In this document: piece by piece, positions 18,775 through 24,000 of the stretch | How positions within the stretch are numbered: the first letter of the stretch is position 1 | Layout of the letters: every line of letters starts with the position of its first letter | Source: Myxococcota bacterium | Lineage (GTDB): Bacteria > Myxococcota_A > UBA9160 > UBA6930 | Direction of reading: 5' to 3' | NCBI GenBank assembly: GCA_020027245.1 | Contig: JAHRAN010000066.1 | Location: 6,994-30,993, forward strand | DNA: 24,000 bases | Position numbers and translations under genes: made by a program | Notes under the pieces: generated by a model | Database searches by the model: none | What the model was told of the DNA's origin: nothing | The model's input: the letters and a program-made list of their open reading frames with translations, nothing else

Positions 18775-19685
18775 AGCCGCTCGCGCCCGGGGACATTCCG
18801 ACGCCGGCGGTGTTCGAAGCGGCGCGCAGGGAATTGCGCGCGCGCATCATCGCGCACAAGGCGCAGCGCCGGGTCGCCATCGGCGAGAATGTGACGCTGC
18901 TCTTCGAGGACCGCGAAACGCTGCGCTGGCAGGTGCTCGAAATGCGCCGCGCCGAGGGCGCGCACAGCGCTTCGAGCCTGCAACACGAGCTCGATGTGTA
19001 CAACGAGTTGATGCCCGGTGAGCGCGAGCTTTCCGCCACGCTGTTCATCGAGATCACCGAGCTCGCAAACATCCGCCCCGAACTCGACCGGCTGGTCGGT
19101 CTCGACGAGCATGTACAGATGCGCATCGGCGAGAGCGCGTTGCGGGCGCGCTTCGACGAGAAGCAACTCGAAGCGGACAGGCTTTCCGCCGTGCAGTACA
19201 TCCGCTTTTCACTCGATGCGGCGCAGGTGCGCGCATTCGGCGACCCGGATATTCCCGCGACGCTGGCCACCACGCACCCCGCCTATCGGAACGAGGCCAC
19301 GCTGACGAGCGAGCTGCGCGCGGCGCTGGCGCGCGACTTCGAAGGCGGCTGCAGTCCGTTGCTGGATTTTGCGAAATTCGCGCCGGTGACACAGGAAATG
19401 CGGTCGCAGGAATTGTTGCGGGCTGCAGAAGCCAACGCAATGGAAGCGCGACGCCTGTTCGACATCGCGCCGGATTCTGTTGAAGACAAAGCATTCGAAC
19501 TGATGAACGCGGTCGTCAACGCGGAAGCACAGGCGCGCGCTTTTAACGCGCGCGCGCGGCGCGCGGCGCGGCTCAAAAAAGACCCAAAAAGCGCGGCGCA
19601 TTTCGAAGCGTCCGCAACCGAACACATCAACGCTGGCGCCGCCCGGCTCGCAGAACTCGGCGAACTTTGCGAGCGCAGCGACTAG
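18771..19685 (+). CDS. DUF3501-family protein with ~110-aa C-terminal helical extension
   Basis: 304-aa ORF. From memory, the N-terminal ~190 aa match the DUF3501 pattern: RRVAIGENVTLLFEDRETLRWQVLEMRRAEG...ELDVYNELMPGERELSATLFIEI...SAVQYIRF. Residues from about 195 onward are an extra Ala/Arg/Glu-rich segment. Confidence 0.75.
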   Translation: MKPLAPGDIPTPAVFEAARRELRARIIAHKAQRRVAIGENVTLLFEDRETLRWQVLEMRRAEGAHSASSLQHELDVYNELMPGERELSATLFIEITELANIRPELDRLVGLDEHVQMRIGESALRARFDEKQLEADRLSAVQYIRFSLDAAQVRAFGDPDIPATLATTHPAYRNEATLTSELRAALARDFEGGCSPLLDFAKFAPVTQEMRSQELLRAAEANAMEARRLFDIAPDSVEDKAFELMNAVVNAEAQARAFNARARRAARLKKDPKSAAHFEASATEHINAGAARLAELGELCERSD

Positions 19686-19708
19686 CGCGCATTTGGGGGT
19701 GACTCCAG

Positions 19709-21004
19709 ATGAGCTCTCGAACTTTCACCCTCGCCAGCGGCTCTCCCCGTCGGCGCGCCCTGCTCGCTGCGGCCGGCTTGCGCTTTCACTGCAAGCCCGC
19801 GCAACTCGACGAAAGCGCGCAGCCGGGAGAGCAACCGGACGCGCTGGTAACCCGGCTCGCCCTCGCCAAAGCGAAGCGGGTGGCGCGCGAAAAGCTTGAT
19901 CATGGCCTGCTGCTTGGCGCGGACACCATCGTCGTGTTGAACGGCAAAATCCTCGGCAAACCACGCGACGCCGCGCACGCGCTCGCCATGTTGACGCGGC
20001 TCTCGGGCTGCACGCACGAAGTACGGACCGGCGTTGCGCTGCTCGACGCAGCGAGCGGACGCGCCGAGACGGTTTGCGTCACAAGCCGTGTGACATTCCG
20101 CCGGGCTTCCGAGAATGTGTTGCGCGCCTACATCGCAACGGGTGAGCCCTTCGACAAAGCGGGCGCGTATGCGCTGCAGGGCGAGGGTGCGCGCTTCATC
20201 GAGCGCGTCAAGGGCAGCCACAGCAACGTGATCGGGCTGCCGATGGACGAAACCCTGGCGCTGCTCGCGCGCGCGGGCGTGGTTCAGCCCGCCACGCAGC
20301 GGGACATCGGCGCGCGGCTGGGTGAAGTGCGAGAGCGCATCGCCGCCGCCGCCGGGCGTGCAGGGCGCAGTGCGGAGGACATCACGCTGCTGGGCGTCGG
20401 CAAACAGCAACCGGCCGAGGCCGTGGCGGCCGCAGTGCGGGCCGGGGTCACCTGCGTGGGCGAGAACTACGCGCAGGAGTTGCGCGACAAAGCGCCGGCC
20501 GTCAGCGAGTTGCTCGCAGGCACGGGCCTTGAAGCGCCGCGCTGGCACTTCATCGGCCAGTTGCAGCGCAACAAGGCGCGGCTGGTGGCGCCGATTGCAA
20601 ACTGCGTCGAGAGCGTTGACCGCGAGAGCCTGGCGCGCGAACTCGACACCCGCGCGCGCGCCGCCGGGCGAAAGCTCGATGTGCTGCTTCAGGTGAAACT
20701 CGACGACGAAGCACAACGGAAAGGCGGCGCGACGCCGGACGAGTTGCCCGCGCTCTGCGACAGCATCCACCGCCTCGACCATCTGAACCTGCGCGGGTTG
20801 ATGACGGTGCCGCCCGCCGACGGCGGCGGCGAGTCAACGCGCCGTGCATTTGCGCGGCTGCGCGAGTTGCGCGATGAACTCGGCGGGTCAAAAGAGCTGC
20901 CCGAACTCTCGATGGGTATGTCTTCGGACTTCGAGGTGGCAATCGAGGAAGGAGCCAGCATCATCCGCATCGGCACCGCAATCTTCGGGCCACGGAGAAA
21001 GTAA
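19709..21004 (+). CDS. fusion protein: Maf-family nucleoside-triphosphate pyrophosphatase (N-terminal) + YggS/PLPBP-family pyridoxal-phosphate-binding protein (C-terminal)
   Basis: This is a single uninterrupted 431-codon ORF with SD GGGGGTGA. Residues 1-190 carry Maf motifs: LASGSPRRRALL, GADTIVVLNGKILGKP, FDKAGAYALQG, SNVIGLP. Residues ~199-431 carry YggS motifs: LLGVGKQQP with the PLP Lys, GENYAQEL, WHFIGQLQRNK, LRGLMTVPP, LSMGMSSDFEVAIEEGASIIRIGTAIFG. The stop overlaps the proC start. Confidence 0.9.
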   Translation: MSSRTFTLASGSPRRRALLAAAGLRFHCKPAQLDESAQPGEQPDALVTRLALAKAKRVAREKLDHGLLLGADTIVVLNGKILGKPRDAAHALAMLTRLSGCTHEVRTGVALLDAASGRAETVCVTSRVTFRRASENVLRAYIATGEPFDKAGAYALQGEGARFIERVKGSHSNVIGLPMDETLALLARAGVVQPATQRDIGARLGEVRERIAAAAGRAGRSAEDITLLGVGKQQPAEAVAAAVRAGVTCVGENYAQELRDKAPAVSELLAGTGLEAPRWHFIGQLQRNKARLVAPIANCVESVDRESLARELDTRARAAGRKLDVLLQVKLDDEAQRKGGATPDELPALCDSIHRLDHLNLRGLMTVPPADGGGESTRRAFARLRELRDELGGSKELPELSMGMSSDFEVAIEEGASIIRIGTAIFGPRRK

Positions 21005-21837
21005 TGGCTGCGGCATTGGCCAGAACCCGGATTGGCATCATCGGCGCGGGCGCGATGGGCGGCGCGCTGATCGGCGGAATGCTGGCCAAGGGCGTTCCGA
21101 AGAAACACCTGCGCGCCTCGGACCCGGATGCGGAGCGCCGCCGCCGGCTCGAAGCGCAGTTCGGCGTCGCCGTTCACGAGGGCAACGCCGCGCTGGTGAA
21201 CGCGAGCGACCTGGTCATCCTCGCCGTGAAGCCGAACCGTGTTGACCTGGTGCTCAGCGAACTTGCCACTGGCTGCGAAAAACTCGGCGCGCCGCTCTGG
21301 GTGTCCATCGCCGCCGGCGTGAGCCTCGCCCAACTGGCCGAGGGGCTGCCCGCGGGCGCGCGCATCGTGCGGGCGATGCCGAACACGCCAGCGCTGGTGG
21401 GCGCTGGCGCCGCGGCCTTCGTCGCCAACCCGGCCTGCGCGACAGTGGACCGCGAGCGCTGCCGCGCGCTCTTCGAGTGCGTCGGCGTCGTCTGGGAGGC
21501 GCCCGACGAAGCCCTGCTCGACGCGGTCACCGGCCTCTCCGGCAGCGGCCCCGCTTACCTGTTCCTGTTGCTCGAAGCGCTGATCGAAGCGGGCGAGGCG
21601 CAGGGCATCCCGGCAGACGCCAGCAAACTACTCGCCACGCAGACCGTCTTCGGCGCCGCCAAACTCGCCAGCGAGAGCGACCAGAGCGCCGCCGCGTTGC
21701 GCAAACAGGTGAGCTCCCCCGGCGGCACCACCCTGGCCGGCCTCGAACGCCTGACCACCGCCGGCTTCCGCGAAGCGCTGGCGGCCGCGGTCACCGCCGC
21801 CACAAAGCGCAGCCGCGAGTTGGGAAAGCGCTCGTGA
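21004..21837 (+). CDS. proC: pyrroline-5-carboxylate reductase
   Basis: 277-aa ORF with Rossmann motif IGIIGAGAMGGALIGG, RAMPNTPALVG, and the C-terminal SPGGTTLAGL motif. The ATG overlaps the upstream TAA by 1 nt (TAATG). It sits in the classical yggS-proC neighbourhood. Confidence 0.95.
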   Translation: MAAALARTRIGIIGAGAMGGALIGGMLAKGVPKKHLRASDPDAERRRRLEAQFGVAVHEGNAALVNASDLVILAVKPNRVDLVLSELATGCEKLGAPLWVSIAAGVSLAQLAEGLPAGARIVRAMPNTPALVGAGAAAFVANPACATVDRERCRALFECVGVVWEAPDEALLDAVTGLSGSGPAYLFLLLEALIEAGEAQGIPADASKLLATQTVFGAAKLASESDQSAAALRKQVSSPGGTTLAGLERLTTAGFREALAAAVTAATKRSRELGKRS

Positions 21838-21852
21838 ATCGCTTTTGCGAAA

Positions 21853-22155
21853 TTAATACCGATCCACCGGGACCAGACACTGGTATTCGATGGTCACCGT
21901 TTTCACGCCGTCCTCTTCTTTGATCACCTTGCCGCCAAAGGCCTCGGCGCCGGCATAGCCCCAGCCGCGACAGCGAACGCTTGCGCGTGCGTCCATGGCG
22001 GCTTCGTCAACTCTGGGGAATTGAAAAGTCCGGTACTGATACGACATCGTGATGGTTCCATCGGAGCGGCTTCCACCGGTGGCCTGCGGCTTCACTCGGA
22101 CTGCACAGCCGACGAGCACCAATGCGAAAGCCAATAAAGCAACGACTCTGAACAC
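21853..22155 (-). CDS. small lipoprotein (YecR-like, tentative)
   Basis: The start is set at the GTG at 22155, preceded by GGGAGAAAGG. This gives MFRVVALLAFALVLVGC with lipobox LVGC. The mature part reads ATGGSRSDGTITMSYQY...ARASVRCRGWGYAGAEAFGG...YQC and resembles my recollection of the YecR-like lipoprotein family. The upstream 54 codons of the track ORF run through two tRNA genes and are rejected. Confidence 0.7.
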   Translation of the reverse strand: MFRVVALLAFALVLVGCAVRVKPQATGGSRSDGTITMSYQYRTFQFPRVDEAAMDARASVRCRGWGYAGAEAFGGKVIKEEDGVKTVTIEYQCLVPVDRY

Positions 22156-22186
22156 TTGTAACCTTTCTCCCTCTCTCCGCCGGTGC

Positions 22187-22263
22187 TGGCGACCCCGGTA
22201 GGATTCGAACCTACGACCTCCTGCTCCGGAGGCAGGCGCTCTATCCATCTGAGCTACGGGGTC
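22187..22263 (-). tRNA. tRNA-Arg (anticodon CCG), CCA encoded
   Basis: The reverse complement is GACCCCGTAGCTCAGATGGATAGAGCGCCTGCCTCCGGAGCAGGAGGTCGTAGGTTCGAATCCTACCGGGGTCGCCA. The acceptor stem is GACCCCG/CGGGGTC, the anticodon stem CCTGC/GCAGG encloses the loop CTCCGGA, and the T loop is GTTCGAATC. Confidence 0.92.
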
Positions 22264-22269
22264 CAAGAG

Positions 22270-22345
22270 TGGTGGGGCGTACTGGACTTGAACCAGTGGC
22301 CTCCGCGGTGTGAACACGGCGCTCTGCCAACTGAGCTAACGCCCC
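22270..22345 (-). tRNA. tRNA-Val (anticodon CAC), CCA encoded
   Basis: The reverse complement is GGGGCGTTAGCTCAGTTGGCAGAGCGCCGTGTTCACACCGCGGAGGCCACTGGTTCAAGTCCAGTACGCCCCACCA. The acceptor stem is GGGGCGT/ACGCCCC, the anticodon loop is TTCACAC, and the T arm is ACTGGTTCAAGTCCAGT. Confidence 0.92.
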
Positions 22346-22395
22346 CGTGTGCGGCTTAAAGTCTAGGAAATGCAGCCCCGTTGCGCAGCGTCCCT

Positions 22396-24000
22396 TCAGC
22401 GCGCGCTGGCGCGGTCGAGCGCGGCGCCGATGAAGGCCGTGAAGAGGGGGTGCGGGCGGAAGGGGGTGGAGTTGAACTCCGGGTGAAACTGCGTGGCCAG
22501 AAACCAGGGGTGGTCTTCGAGTTCGATGATCTCGACCAGCCGCCCGTCCGGTGAGATGCCCGAGAGCATCAGCCCCGCCGCCTCGAGTTCACTGCAGTAC
22601 GCGGGGTTGAACTCGAGGCGGTGGCGGTGGCGCTCGCTGATTTCCCGGCAGCCGTAGATCGCGTGCGCGCGGCTGCCTTCGCGCAGCACACAGGGCCAGG
22701 CGCCAAGCCGCATCGAAGCGCCCTTCTCCTCGACCTGTTCCTGCTCGGGCAGAAGGGCGATCACCGGGCGCGCGCAGTCCGGGTCCACCTCGGTGGAGCT
22801 CGCGTTCTCGAGCCCGGCGACATTGCGCGCGAACTCGACCACGGCCATCTGCATGCCGTAGCAGATGCCAAAGTAGGGGATGCTCTGATCGCGGGCGAAG
22901 CGCACCGCGCCGATCTTTCCCTCTGCGCCACGCCCGCCAAAACCGTGGGGCACCAGAATGCCGTCCATGTCCGCAAGCTCCGTCGGGTCATCGAGCTTCT
23001 CGCTGTCGAGATACTCGATCTCGACCCGGGCCTGGTGCGCGATGCCGCCGTGGTGCAGCGCCTCGTTCAAACTCTTGTAGCTGTCCGAGAGATCCACATA
23101 CTTGCCGACCATGGCGATGCGCGCGACGCCCTGCGGGTTGCGCACCGCCTGCATCACCCGCTGCCAGGGTTCGAGCCGCGGCTCGCCGGTCCAGATGCCG
23201 AGCACGCGGGTGATCTTCTCGTCGAGACCCTCGTCGTGGAACAGCAGCGGCAGTTCGTAGATGTGCTCCACATCGCGCGCGGCGATCACCGCCCTGGCGT
23301 CCACGTTGCAAAACAGCGCGATCTTCTCCTTCAGCGCCTGCGGGATGTCGCGGTCCGTCCGGCACAGCAGCACATTCGGCGCGATGCCCACCGACTGAAG
23401 CTCCTTCACCGAGTGCTGCAGCGGCTTGGTCTTCAACTCGCCCGCGCTGGCGATGAAAGGCAGCAGCGCCAGATGCACATAGCAGACATTCTCGCGCCCG
23501 ATGTCGCTGCTGAACTGCCGCACCGCCTCCAGAAAGGGCAGAGATTCAATGTCACCGACGGTGCCGCCGACCTCGCAGATCAAAAGATCGGCGCCCTCGG
23601 CGGCGCGGTGGATGCGCGCCTTGATCTCGTTGGTGATGTGCGGGATCACCTGAATCGTTTCGCCCAGGTAATCGCCGCGCCGCTCCTTGCCGATCACCTC
23701 GTGGTACACGCTGCCAGCGGTCACATTGTTGACCTGCCCCATCCGGGTGTGCGTGTAGCGCTCGTAGTGACCGAGGTCGAGATCGGTCTCGGCGCCGTCG
23801 TCGGTCACATAGACCTCGCCGTGCTGCACCGGGTTCATGGTTCCCGGATCCACATTCAGGTAGGGGTCGAGTTTCAGGAAGGTGACGCAGAGGCCCCGCG
23901 ATTCGAGCAGCGCGCCGATGGATGCGGAGGAGAGCCCCTTGCCGAGGCCCGACAGCACCCCGCCGGTGACGAAGATGAATTTGCCGGGGCGCGCGCTCAT
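22396..24000 (-). CDS. pyrG: CTP synthase (glutamine-hydrolysing)
   Basis: 534-aa ORF whose ATG is the last codon of the window (23998-24000). The N-terminus is [16 protein letters not shown]. The synthetase-domain motif is [11 protein letters not shown]. The glutaminase domain shows the GICYGMQ nucleophile Cys and HRHRLEFN...QFHPEF. Confidence 0.97.
   Translation of the reverse strand: MSARPGKFIFVTGGVLSGLGKGLSSASIGALLESRGLCVTFLKLDPYLNVDPGTMNPVQHGEVYVTDDGAETDLDLGHYERYTHTRMGQVNNVTAGSVYHEVIGKERRGDYLGETIQVIPHITNEIKARIHRAAEGADLLICEVGGTVGDIESLPFLEAVRQFSSDIGRENVCYVHLALLPFIASAGELKTKPLQHSVKELQSVGIAPNVLLCRTDRDIPQALKEKIALFCNVDARAVIAARDVEHIYELPLLFHDEGLDEKITRVLGIWTGEPRLEPWQRVMQAVRNPQGVARIAMVGKYVDLSDSYKSLNEALHHGGIAHQARVEIEYLDSEKLDDPTELADMDGILVPHGFGGRGAEGKIGAVRFARDQSIPYFGICYGMQMAVVEFARNVAGLENASSTEVDPDCARPVIALLPEQEQVEEKGASMRLGAWPCVLREGSRAHAIYGCREISERHRHRLEFNPAYCSELEAAGLMLSGISPDGRLVEIIELEDHPWFLATQFHPEFNSTPFRPHPLFTAFIGAALDRASAR

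Noticed and set aside
21838-21852. Mini-palindrome TCGC-TTTT-GCGA between convergent proC and the lipoprotein gene as a bidirectional terminator.
   Set aside because: A 4-bp stem is too weak to call a terminator. It is mentioned only because the convergent gap is just 15 nt.
22156-22317. Upstream 54 codons of the 154-aa track ORF 21853-22317 (-).
   Set aside because: This part is the complement of the tRNA-Arg and tRNA-Val genes. The real protein starts at the GTG at 22155 with a lipoprotein signal peptide.

Overview
High-GC (by eye about two-thirds G+C or more) chromosomal segment from a diderm bacterium. It is densely packed with core housekeeping genes, and almost every real gene can be recognised from its translation. 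Layout on the + strand: gap (3' end)-pgk-tpiA-secG-tRNA-Leu, all overlapping or nearly abutting. On the - strand: dnaK-lon-OmpA-like lipoprotein-beta-barrel OMP-flavin reductase-DsbA-like oxidoreductase. On the + strand: an ArsR/SAM-methyltransferase-like (SahR-type) regulator translationally coupled to B12-dependent metH. These are followed by a REG-2/HDHD3-like HAD hydrolase and a LACTB2-like MBL hydrolase, both embedded in a 39-bp tandem-repeat family. Next comes a rubrerythrin / (Fe-S, CCG-domain) oxidoreductase / DUF3501 triad, then an unusual single-ORF Maf::YggS fusion and proC. On the - strand: pyrG, tRNA-Val, tRNA-Arg and a small lipoprotein. I see no transposase, integrase, CRISPR array, toxin-antitoxin pair or recognisable defence gene, so this is not an obvious accessory island. 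The most interesting items are the uncharacterised rubrerythrin-FeS-DUF3501 module (with an extended DUF3501 protein), the Maf::YggS fusion, the SahR-like regulator fused into the metH operon, and the 39-bp (13-codon) repeat family bracketing the HAD gene. That repeat family includes a 75-codon ORF bracketed exactly by start/stop overlaps with its neighbours. The many long antisense or alternative-frame ORFs in the track are GC-driven shadow ORFs. No database search or computation could be run; all family assignments rest on motif recognition by eye.
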